From: Antedon mediterranea
Lineage: Eukaryota > Animalia > Echinodermata
DNA: 64,000 nucleotides
Reading direction: 5' to 3'
NCBI RefSeq assembly: GCF_964355755.1
Contig: NC_092673.1
Coordinates: 6,262,001 to 6,326,000 of the forward strand
Of the stretch, positions 55,245 to 64,000 are shown piece after piece. Position 1 is the first letter of the stretch; every line of letters starts with the position of its first letter. Below the pieces are notes generated by a model. The model ran no database searches, was not told the DNA's origin, and saw only the letters and a list, made by a program, of their open reading frames with translations. Position numbers and translations under genes: made by a program.

Positions 55245-58103
55245 CTATAGACGAGGCTTCAGTACTGCTGTCGCCACTGGAGCTAGGTTAGCGGACACAT
55301 CCGAAAGATAGTAAGAGGTGAATGTAGACTGTGTTCGCCACCATGCCGCTTCCATAATGTCAGCTACAGGGACACCCGCGAACAACGCCCACGAAGTGGC
55401 AACCGCGCGCAATTGATGCATGTGTGCCGGCGGCGGTGTGTCCGATGACGTGTAAGCGTTTTGAATTGTAGATACGACCCACCTTGCTATGGTCGATCTA
55501 GCTGCGGCGCGGTGTGGCGGAACAGAGGTGACAAACAGGTGAGACACTCCGTCTCTAATTGTCTTTGTGCGGTGGATATACCACTTGAGGGCCCTCACTG
55601 GGCACCAAAGTTTGTCTCCGTCAACCGCCGAGTAAGATGTGATGGTGGGGACGAACACAGCCGGCGGCGAATATTTCAACGTCTGAGTTTTTGCTAGGAA
55701 ATCTTTCCTAAACACTAGCCTCACGCCGCCTCGCTCGAACCTCACATGCCCTGGTTCTAAGGTAAGAGCGTGCACCTCGCCTCGGCGTCTGCACGATGAC
55801 AATGCGAGCAGGAACGCCGTCTTCAGCGAGAGATTGTAAAGAGAAGCCTTACTCATAGGCTCAAATGGCGGGCGTGTAAGGGCGGCTAGAACGACGTTGA
55901 CATCCCATCGAGGAATCAAGACCTTGACTGGAGGTCGTTGTCTGAACATCCCCCGTATCAGCTGAGTGATAACGGAGGATGACGAAATCGTAGAACCGTC
56001 ATTCAGTGTTGGTGTCACCGCCCCAATGGCGGACCTATAGCCTGAAATGGTGCGGACCTGAAGACCTGACTCAAATAGGTAATGCAGGAAGGCGCATACT
56101 TGACCAAGGGTAACCAACCCTGGCGTTATTTGTTGGCGCCTGCACCATGTAAAGAAATGCTTTAATCGGCTATTGTAGACGGTAAGAGTAGATTCCCGAC
56201 GAGATTTCGCCGCGAGGGCGGCAGGGCCATCTGGAATGCCTGAGTCTCGGAGCTGATCCCTGACAATGGCCATACAGTCAGGCGCAGGGATTGTAGGTTC
56301 TGTAGTGAGAACACAGCTCGGCCCTGCGTCAGCAGATCCTCTCGAACTGGAAGACGCAGGGGATGATCGTAGAGCAGGTCGAGAAGCAGTGGATACCATG
56401 CTTGTCGAGCCCAGCCCGGGGCGATCAGAAGGACCCGGCAAGGATGGCGCTGAATGTGCGTCAGAACAGTTGGTATTAGTGAGATCGGTGGAAACGCATA
56501 AGCCCATAGTCCGTCCCACGGTATGGATAGGGCATCCACCGCCCACGCACGTGCATCCCGAAACCTTGTGCAGAAGGTCGGGAGCTGTGTGTTGTCTGAC
56601 GTCGCAAACAGATCTATATGAGGCCGCCCGAAGTGGTCGAATATCAGTGTGGCAATGCTGGGTAGAAGGCGCCATTCCGTGGGACAAAGTGTTTGTCGGG
56701 ACAGAGCGTCCGCCACAATGTTGAGGCTGCCCGCAATGTGGGCAGCCGAGAGTTTGATGTTGTTGCCTATGCACCACATCATCAGTCTCCAGAGGTGGAA
56801 GCATAACGTCGGTGACCTCGTGCCTCCCTGACGATTTATATATGCTACCACTGTTGTGTTGTCGGAATGGATAAGGACGTGACGACCGGCCACGTGAGGT
56901 CGAAGGGCCTTCAAGGTCCTTTCGACTGCCCAGAGTTCTAGGAGGTTGATGTGGGAGCGCGCTTCCTCGACCGTCCAAAGGCCGGAGGCGCGGAGTGCCT
57001 TGGAGCAACCGCCCCAGCCTGTCTCGGATGCGTCTGTCTCTATACGGACGTCCGGCAAAGATTTTTGAATCGGCATTCCCACAGTCAACCTGCCTTCTAC
57101 CAGCCACCATTCGAGATGCGTCTGAATGAATGCATTCGACGGAACCACTTTGTGTAGGGAGTCTATGTGCGGTCGGTAATGAGCCAGCAGATGCAGCTGT
57201 AAAGGTCTCATACGTAGCCGGCAATACGGAACTAAGGCAACGAAGCTGGCCAGACAACCCAGTGCTCTGAGCCATTCGTAAGCCGTCGGAGCACGAGCAG
57301 ATATTAGATTGCGTACTGCACTCATTGCAGACGCGATGCGTTGTTGGGATGGACACGCCAAACCCGTCACGAGATTTATCTGTGCTCCGAGGTATAACGG
57401 GAGCTGTGTCGGCACCAGGCACGACTTCTCCCGATTGACAATGAAACCTGCCTGTTCCGTTACGAGAAGGACATATTGTAGACTGCTCATCAGCCTGTCC
57501 TTGGACTGGGCCACGACCAACCAATCGTCGAGATACATGAATACTCTTATTCCATATTTGTGGAAGAACGACGCCAGCGTTCTGACTATGCGTGTAAACA
57601 CGCGTGGAGCCGTCGATAGGCCGAACGGCAAAGCGACGAATTGGTACAATTGGTCGAGGATTCTGAAACGTAGCCAACGCCGATCTGCCTCTGCGATAGG
57701 AACGTGAAAGTACGCATCTTTCAGGTCTATCGAGGCTGCCCAGTCTCCTCGTCTTAGCCCCAGAAGGATGGATGAGACTGTCTCCATCCGAAACCTTTGG
57801 GGCCGAATAAACCGCTTGTTTAGACTCCTCAGGTTTAAAATAGGTCGCCAGTCGCCGGTCTTCTTTTCTGTGAGGAAGACGGTCGACTCGTGTCCCGAGA
57901 CGGCGCATCGTTCGTCGACTGGTTCTACTGCTCCCTTTTGGAGTAGAGAATTGAGGCCGTCCAGAAGCGCACATCTCTTTAGAGGCTCTGGCGGAATTCT
58001 TGTCGACCGAGCGCCCCCGCTCACCGGGGGGCTCGTAAATTCGATGCTGTAGCCGTTTTTTATGGTGGCGAGAATCCACCTGTCCTCCGACAGGGTCTCC
58101 CAC
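55245..58103 (-). CDS. DIRS tyrosine recombinase ORF (YR domain in the last ~342 aa from ATG 56273; long N-terminal extension overlaps the RT ORF in another frame)
   Basis: YR catalytic pattern LALSSCRRRGEVHAL (R), KT (K), HQLRA (HxxR), AAWWRTQSTFTSYYL (W, Y), preceded by RRESTLTVYNSRLKHFFTWC. The true start codon is uncertain. Confidence 0.93.
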   Translation of the reverse strand: MGDPVGGQVDSRHHKKRLQHRIYEPPGERGRSVDKNSARASKEMCASGRPQFSTPKGSSRTSRRTMRRLGTRVDRLPHRKEDRRLATYFKPEESKQAVYSAPKVSDGDSLIHPSGAKTRRLGSLDRPERCVLSRSYRRGRSALATFQNPRPIVPIRRFAVRPIDGSTRVYTHSQNAGVVLPQIWNKSIHVSRRLVGRGPVQGQADEQSTICPSRNGTGRFHCQSGEVVPGADTAPVIPRSTDKSRDGFGVSIPTTHRVCNECSTQSNICSCSDGLRMAQSTGLSGQLRCLSSVLPATYETFTAASAGSLPTAHRLPTQSGSVECIHSDASRMVAGRRQVDCGNADSKIFAGRPYRDRRIRDRLGRLLQGTPRLRPLDGRGSALPHQPPRTLGSRKDLEGPSTSRGRSSRPYPFRQHNSGSIYKSSGRHEVTDVMLPPLETDDVVHRQQHQTLGCPHCGQPQHCGGRSVPTNTLSHGMAPSTQHCHTDIRPLRAASYRSVCDVRQHTAPDLLHKVSGCTCVGGGCPIHTVGRTMGLCVSTDLTNTNCSDAHSAPSLPGPSDRPGLGSTSMVSTASRPALRSSPASSSSRGSADAGPSCVLTTEPTIPAPDCMAIVRDQLRDSGIPDGPAALAAKSRRESTLTVYNSRLKHFFTWCRRQQITPGLVTLGQVCAFLHYLFESGLQVRTISGYRSAIGAVTPTLNDGSTISSSSVITQLIRGMFRQRPPVKVLIPRWDVNVVLAALTRPPFEPMSKASLYNLSLKTAFLLALSSCRRRGEVHALTLEPGHVRFERGGVRLVFRKDFLAKTQTLKYSPPAVFVPTITSYSAVDGDKLWCPVRALKWYIHRTKTIRDGVSHLFVTSVPPHRAAARSTIARWVVSTIQNAYTSSDTPPPAHMHQLRAVATSWALFAGVPVADIMEAAWWRTQSTFTSYYLSDVSANLAPVATAVLKPRL

Positions 58104-58228
58104 ACTCGGGCGAACCGTCTTAGGCGACCCCCCACCTGCCCGTCGATGTTGGGGACGGGCGTACCGATCGCGTCACCGGCGACGCGCGAACGCACCCGGA
58201 CGCCTGCCGCTCTTATGGCTGGCGTCAT
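56162..58228 (-). CDS. DIRS reverse transcriptase - RNase H - Dam-like methyltransferase polyprotein (688 aa)
   Basis: RT motifs ASIDLKDAYFHV, LPFGLSTAPRVF, YLDD. RNase H motifs TDASETGWG, HINLLEL, SDNTTVVAYINRQGG, NIVADALSR. DIRS MT-domain motifs IDLFA, DAL..PW, YAFPP. Confidence 0.96.
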   Translation of the reverse strand: MTPAIRAAGVRVRSRVAGDAIGTPVPNIDGQVGGRLRRFARVWETLSEDRWILATIKNGYSIEFTSPPVSGGARSTRIPPEPLKRCALLDGLNSLLQKGAVEPVDERCAVSGHESTVFLTEKKTGDWRPILNLRSLNKRFIRPQRFRMETVSSILLGLRRGDWAASIDLKDAYFHVPIAEADRRWLRFRILDQLYQFVALPFGLSTAPRVFTRIVRTLASFFHKYGIRVFMYLDDWLVVAQSKDRLMSSLQYVLLVTEQAGFIVNREKSCLVPTQLPLYLGAQINLVTGLACPSQQRIASAMSAVRNLISARAPTAYEWLRALGCLASFVALVPYCRLRMRPLQLHLLAHYRPHIDSLHKVVPSNAFIQTHLEWWLVEGRLTVGMPIQKSLPDVRIETDASETGWGGCSKALRASGLWTVEEARSHINLLELWAVERTLKALRPHVAGRHVLIHSDNTTVVAYINRQGGTRSPTLCFHLWRLMMWCIGNNIKLSAAHIAGSLNIVADALSRQTLCPTEWRLLPSIATLIFDHFGRPHIDLFATSDNTQLPTFCTRFRDARAWAVDALSIPWDGLWAYAFPPISLIPTVLTHIQRHPCRVLLIAPGWARQAWYPLLLDLLYDHPLRLPVREDLLTQGRAVFSLQNLQSLRLTVWPLSGISSETQAFQMALPPSRRNLVGNLLLPSTIAD

Positions 58229-59751
58229 ATCTTCCGGGCCTGCCTCGTGTTGATGTCATGTGGGGTGCGAACGCGGGAAGAAGTAGAAGCCTGCGTATCA
58301 GGACGCGCCGGTGTCGGTACTGGCGGTTGCGTTGGCGGTACTGGAGCCGGAAAAGGGGGAGGCGGTCTGGATGGTCCCGAACGTCCACGGCTAGCCCAAC
58401 GTTTCTGCGGGAATCTCGATCGAGTTTCACGACGTGCCTCCCGCTCACGCGCCCACTTATCTTCCTTCTGGGAGAAACTCCCGAAGAAGAGATCCTTAGC
58501 GCCGAAAGATTCCGATGTAGTGAATCTACGATATTGCGCTGGCGCGATATCTGTCCCCTGGAGGACGTTGACCCGGCGAGCAGCGGCCGACGTAACGGAA
58601 ATAAATGCTTGCTGATCAGCGATAAGACCCGTTATTTGCTGCAGCAAAGCGATGACCTCGTCATCGCGCTCTCTAGGGTGTTCCGGGTCCGCCAGGAACG
58701 ACAAGAGATAACCAGAAATAGACGTCACGCGCACTGTCTCGCGGGCCGCTCTATCAACTGCGAGAAGCGTCTCTTCTGTCTTAGCAGCCTTCGGAGCCAA
58801 GTAGTTGGTCTTGCCAGCCTCTACGCCCTGGTCCTCTCGGACGCGGTCTTTGGCTGCATCAGGCACTCCCGGAGCAATGATGTACTTATCAAATTGCGCT
58901 GACGGCACCGGAAACGCCGACGAGAGAATGTACGGTGCGGCTCTACGTGTCGTTGTTGAGTCGCGCGCAAACATGTCTAAGCGGTCAATTAGTTCTTGGT
59001 CGAGAGGCACCACCGGACAGGTAGTGCTCTTCATAAGAGGCGTACGCACGCCGAATGTAGAAAACCGCTTAGTTGAAGGCGTAGGCTTAGGCTCGCGGAG
59101 CGAGTAGTCGATTCCAAGATAGGCCAGTACCGCCGGAAGAACTCTGTTCACGAGCGCCTGTAATCCCTCCTCACCGGGCCCCCTAAGCGACGCGGCTCTC
59201 TCCTCATCCGAGAGCGTGACCATAGTCCGATCCGACAAATAGTCGTCTTCCATCGAAGCACCCTCAGAAAAGGGCGGTAGTGGTGTCTGAGGAGGGGGCA
59301 CCGGATAATACGGAATCGGAGGACGCTGGGCTGGGGCTACCGTAGGCTCGTCCCTTGGTAAAGCCCTTACCGCCGCCGCAATGGCATGCAGCAACGCCGG
59401 AGACAACTCATTAGGGTCCGGGGCTGCAGAGGCCGCAGCGGGAACAGGCGCGGCGCCGAGAATAACCTCCTTCGCAAGTGGAACGGAAGCCACAGGCTCT
59501 TCCTCGCGTGGCACGACATCGTGCGTAGCTACCACTGGAGCCGCCACAGGCGCGGACTCCTCCGGAACACCGACCTCAACAGTGCGTTCCACGGGCCGCG
59601 GAAGCGACGCAAACTTGGCTGGCGTCCAGCGAACGCAAACGTCACACGGGTTATCCTGATTGCACGTACGGCACTTAAAACATCGCATGTGGCGATCCCA
59701 TTTCACCGTCGTCCGCGGGCCCCTACACTGGACACACTCCTGCTTAGGCAT
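58225..59751 (-). CDS. DIRS ORF1 Gag-like protein (~508 aa from the first ATG)
   Basis: First ORF after the 5' ITR. N-terminal Cys/His cluster CxxC...HxxCxxC..C....CxxC, Pro/Ala-rich linker and basic C-terminus. First ATG is at 59751 (MPKQECVQC); the ORF track starts at an upstream alternative codon. Confidence 0.88.
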   Translation of the reverse strand: MPKQECVQCRGPRTTVKWDRHMRCFKCRTCNQDNPCDVCVRWTPAKFASLPRPVERTVEVGVPEESAPVAAPVVATHDVVPREEEPVASVPLAKEVILGAAPVPAAASAAPDPNELSPALLHAIAAAVRALPRDEPTVAPAQRPPIPYYPVPPPQTPLPPFSEGASMEDDYLSDRTMVTLSDEERAASLRGPGEEGLQALVNRVLPAVLAYLGIDYSLREPKPTPSTKRFSTFGVRTPLMKSTTCPVVPLDQELIDRLDMFARDSTTTRRAAPYILSSAFPVPSAQFDKYIIAPGVPDAAKDRVREDQGVEAGKTNYLAPKAAKTEETLLAVDRAARETVRVTSISGYLLSFLADPEHPRERDDEVIALLQQITGLIADQQAFISVTSAAARRVNVLQGTDIAPAQYRRFTTSESFGAKDLFFGSFSQKEDKWAREREARRETRSRFPQKRWASRGRSGPSRPPPPFPAPVPPTQPPVPTPARPDTQASTSSRVRTPHDINTRQARKI

Positions 59752-60121
59752 GATGGTGCAAAACACCTGTCTAACAGACACACAATCAACTACCTAACAA
59801 ACAGTCTCTTAACCTAGCGCCTGACTGATTCTGTTGTATTGCGTTGCCTACACTCGGCCGGTGACCCCGGTGAACTCTAAAGCTATTTCTGACTCGCTTG
59901 CTAGGCGAGTCAACGGTTTGCAACGTATCAAATTCTCAAAATAACAATAAGAAACGATATTTCTGCCTTGTTAAAACAACAACGGCAACGTATTCCAACG
60001 TATCAAATAATATAAAGTTAAACTTAGCCTCGGCTAGCTAGACTAATCTAGTCTGAAGAATTCCTTGAAATTCGTCTTCTCTTCGAAAACTTCGTGTCTG
60101 TCAACTACGACGATACGAAAA

Positions 60122-60293
60122 GAAATGATGACGGTATTACGTGGGAGTGGTCCCACTAGAGGGCGCTATAGCGGACTGTCCCATTTATCATGGAGGTGAG
60201 CTACCGCTAAAATCTTCTTTTCGTAATTGTTTCGCACTTCGTGGAAAAGGGCTTATGTCGTGTTTATCCAGGTAAGCAGGCACGATATAGACT
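60122..60293. repeat. DIRS 5' (gag-side) ITR with 16-bp outer extension (terminus B, ...AGGCACGATATAGACT)
   Basis: Exact inverted partner of 54888-55043. Confidence 0.95.
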
Positions 60294-62804
60294 GGATAAT
60301 TACGAATCACATGTCTAGGAATTACCCCTGGAAAAGTGATATCTATATGATAACTGACGCACCCTAAATGCATGTTCAGATTTCTTTAAACATTTTGAGA
60401 ATTTTTGTGACACGCCGCTTTTGACTGATCACGTTCGTAAATCAACTTGTTGTGTGCGCCGACTATATATAACTATTTTCTACTCCGTTCCTTAAGTCGG
60501 AGCACTGTCTTTTTAATAGCCTACAGTAGCTTCCCGGTCTAGCATTTGTCAATGATTTACAATGGAAATCGAATAAAAGTAGGTGTGTTTATAAAACAAA
60601 TAATACATTTTTTATATTCGTTGAATGGAGAGTATACTTCATTCGATGAATTTAACTTTGGCTTTTTCCAGTTAAAAATAAAATCAAGTCAATTTTTCAA
60701 CTCATGAAATATTCTCACCATCCAACTCATATACATTCATTATTTGCATTATAACGTTTCTTTTGTATTAAACAGTTGCTGACAGAATAAAATATGGTAT
60801 CACCTTTGTTAATGGTTCATTTGTAACATGTATGATGGTACTGAGGATGGTTTCGAGAAAACCGGGTCGCAATGCTACTTCCAACGCATAGCAATTAAAA
60901 GAAATTGCAAAGACACAAGTAATTCAGAAATATAGACGGGAATGAAGATTCCATCAGGAATTTCAAATAATTGAAAAGTATGTAATGACTATAATTAGTC
61001 TGCTCTTAGAAAATATATTTCAAGCAGGTGTACTGTAGCAGCGTTTTTTGTAAGAAGTATTTCTTGTTTATATAAAGTTTGCGGTACACCATATGTATAG
61101 TTACCGCAAACTTTATATCAACATTTGATTTAGCCATGCAAACCTTCAAACAATGATTTTTTTTTCTTACAAGCTAACTGTATGTTATTACATGACATAC
61201 TGTATAAGCAATGTAAAGAGTAACTATAAGTATAAATAGATTTCTGTAAAATTGAATCACATAAGCACACACAATAAAGCCATGATACTACTAGGCAGGA
61301 TTGAACCCTGTACCTTGACATTTGAAGGCAAACATGTTAACCACCTGTAGCTACTGTACAGCTGACATAGTTCAGGCTACACAGAGAATGTATACTCTAT
61401 CTAATACATTCTTAAAAGTTGAACAGACGGAGAGTAAAATAAAATCAACAAAAAAATCAACAAAACTTTAAAGATGCTATTTCAAGTTCAACACTTGTTT
61501 TAATGCTATTCGTGGCTTATAGTAGTTGATGAATTAGTCAAGTTTTTATGATTTAAAAACAAGTTAAACAGGAAATGTGGATGACCGAGAATGGTTTCCT
61601 TTACTGTGTAATTATATGGTGAAGCCCTACTCTTGACGACTGTAGACAGCCAGCTAAACCACAGAATGAACTCACACAGTTAGAGGCAACTTTTTCTAGC
61701 CTACACTAGCAAGCACATCAACATAGTTTTGTATTTTTTCAAATACTTTATGAACAAAATAAGAATACTGTATCTTATATAGGGTTAATTACCAAATCTT
61801 ATAGTATAAAGCCAATTGTACAGTACATAAACACTAACTTCAAACTATGCACAACTTTCCATCATAAAGCTATACATACAGTACCTGCACATACTGTACA
61901 ACTAGATAGGCAAAAATAGATAGTACGTACTACTATACTGTACAGGTATTTTTGCCTATACTCAGGGTGGGAGTAGCCTGGAAACTTTATTAGTGTTTCA
62001 GTATGGTACAGTATTACTTATTTACAGGGCATTCTGGTCTACAGTAATTAATCTGTGAATGTACAGTACCTGTTGCATAGCTTATATTTCTTTGTATGCT
62101 TCTGGGACGCTTATGGTTGTATAGATATTTTTATTTCCAAATTGAACTTTTTGTACTTAAATTAAACAATGCTAGATACTGTAAACGGACATTAATAGAT
62201 TTCTAAAATTGATAGAAAATACTGTAGATTTGAAATACTGTAAACTAAAGTACAATACATCCTGATGTGCTCAATATGAATCATAAAATACACACTATTA
62301 AGTATCATTTCAGATGAGATACTTAGTAGAGTATAATACTCTCTGTAGTAATAATGTATGCTACAATAATTTTATCAATATTCTCCTAATAAACTCAAAA
62401 GAATTAGGTAATTAAGCCTATAATTTAAACAGCAATCAAAACAATATTGACTCCAATTATCCTTACAACTGTCACTGAATATCCCAGACAGCAAACAGAT
62501 CATTTCATTTAATATCATACTCTATAGAAATATTATAATAACCATTGTCAACCGTAAAATTACTGTACAGTGTATTAGACAATTGAAGCAATTTACGCAC
62601 TAACAATGCTGTATCTCATGGACATAGCGATTCTTCATAGATTTTGTAAAATAGTATACAGTACTGTAGTATACAGAGGTATGGAATATGACCATAACAG
62701 GTTTGTAGCTGAATGGGATGTGGGGGAAAATAAAACGCAGAATTCATGGCCGAGTAGAAAAAATTGTACATCACTCAAAATATCCTAACATTAGTTATAG
62801 TATC

Positions 62805-63097
62805 ACACCACTAAACCATGAGTGGTGTTGGTACTGTACAGTACCAACACCACTAAACCATGAGTGGTGTTGGTACTGTACAGTACCAACACCACTCAGT
62901 ACCAACACCACTCAGTACCAACACCACTAAACCATGAGTGGTGTTGGTACTGTACAGTACCAACACCACTAAACCATGAGTGGTGTTGGTACTGTACAGT
63001 ACCAACACCACTAAACCATGAGTGGTGTTGGTACTGTACAGTACCAACACCACTCAGTACCAACACCACTAAACCATGAGTGGTGTTGGTACTGTAC
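62805..63097. repeat. 42-bp palindromic minisatellite (5 full units, 1 partial, three 16-bp sub-units)
   Basis: Unit ACCACTAAACCATGAGTGGTGTTGGTACTGTACAGTACCAAC; adjacent units form the perfect 34-bp palindrome AGTGGTGTTGGTACTGTACAGTACCAACACCACT. Confidence 0.93.
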
Positions 63098-63554
63098 CAT
63101 AGTCTTCTATGCTTTTACCTGGATAAACCATAAATGCGTTTTGTCTTCCAAGGAGTACAAAAAAAGACATTGGTATCGTCCACAAGCTACTGTATGTCCT
63201 TGGGCAAACTTGCCTCTAGTCGGTTTGAGGTGACTCACTGTGGTACTGTAGCATTGTGAACAGAGACAAGAGAGCTTTGCTGAACATCTCACAAACAAAG
63301 TAAAATGTAACAAGTTGTACAGTAGTATCCCAACATACTGTATATTTTATCATTATTTTTTGTTCAAATCGAAGAAATATGCAATAGGTTCTGGTTGAGC
63401 ATAAAAACTTGATTTATTCATTCAGACGTTATCATATCACATTATCGGATACCTATAGGTGGGTGTTTTTTATTCAAGTTGTATTGCTCTTCTCCAAGAG
63501 AAATAGGCCAAATTTCGGTTTATCCAGGTAAGCTGGCACGAAATAATGTAGACT
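63065..63554. mobile_element. Miniature non-autonomous DIRS derivative (~490 bp, both termini)
   Basis: Left AAACCATGAGTGGTGTTGGTA...TAGTCTTCTATGCTTTTACCTGGATAAACC; right GGTTTATCCAGGTAAGCTGGCACGAAATAATGTAGACT. Confidence 0.75.
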
Positions 63555-64000
63555 GACAATTCTTTCATAGTTTCCACAGGTTTCCACGCTACTGTACAAA
63601 AAATGCGCTTAGGGTAAAGTAGGCCAGAAAAATAGTGACGCATTAAGACTAAATGTTTGACTAAAACCGGTCACCTTGGTCTTAAATCATGAAGCTTTTT
63701 ACAATAATTCATTGTTGATCACATATTTTAACACTCAATAACCTAACAGCTGGTACATCATGACATACAGTGTACATATTACATTGGCTTCGAATAGCTT
63801 ACCGCGAAAGTGAAACATAATCTCTGTTTTTTTACAGCATTATTAAGAGTAGTTTGTAGAGAGTAACTGATTAAGGAAGCTAAGCATGTACTGTCAATGT
63901 ACATTTTTAAGATTTGTGTTTTTCATGCAAGTATCTGTAGAAGTTTGAGTTCATCTCTCTCCTCCGTTTAATGTTAACAGCTAGCTCATTACTAACTCAA

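Larger units (their letters stand above)
54849..60293 (-). mobile_element. Full-length DIRS1-like tyrosine-recombinase retrotransposon
   Basis: Three intact overlapping ORFs (gag, RT/RH/MT, YR), identical inverted terminal repeats with non-identical outer extensions, an internal complementary region, no TSD, and an abrupt GC increase relative to the flanks. Confidence 0.97.

Noticed and set aside
55461-59817. Plus-strand ORFs inside the DIRS element
   Set aside because: Antisense shadows of GC-rich coding sequence with no motifs.
60841-60875. Possible hammerhead (CTGAGGA-TGGTTTCGAGAAAACC)
   Set aside because: The GAAA core is missing after stem II; too decayed to call.
62805-63097. CRISPR-like array (palindromic repeats)
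   Set aside because: The spacers are identical (AAACCATG), there are no cas genes and the context is eukaryotic; it is a minisatellite.

Overview
AT-rich, repeat-dense animal (invertebrate-like) genomic DNA. Only one host coding exon is clear: the exon-2 equivalent of heparan sulfate 2-O-sulfotransferase (HS2ST1; minus strand, 29089-29381), apparently flanked by very long introns. The dominant feature is an intact 5.4-kb DIRS1-type tyrosine-recombinase retrotransposon (54849-60293, minus strand) with gag, RT-RNaseH-MT and YR ORFs, identical 156-bp ITRs and a perfect ICR. About nine decayed or miniature relatives of its termini are scattered across the window, all in the same end-to-end orientation. 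One has swapped termini and one has spawned a palindromic minisatellite. Also present are PIF/Harbinger, Kolobok-like, Sola2-like and Tc1/mariner-pogo MITEs, tRNA-SINEs, LINE remnants, Penelope-type hammerhead ribozymes, a tRNA-like cassette in inverted repeats, a 5S pseudogene and several tandem repeats. TACTGTA/TACAGTA is strongly over-represented. At four sites, paralogue or reading-frame comparison shows it to be a TA+5-bp insertion matching a Tc1/mariner excision footprint. All alignments and counts were done by eye.
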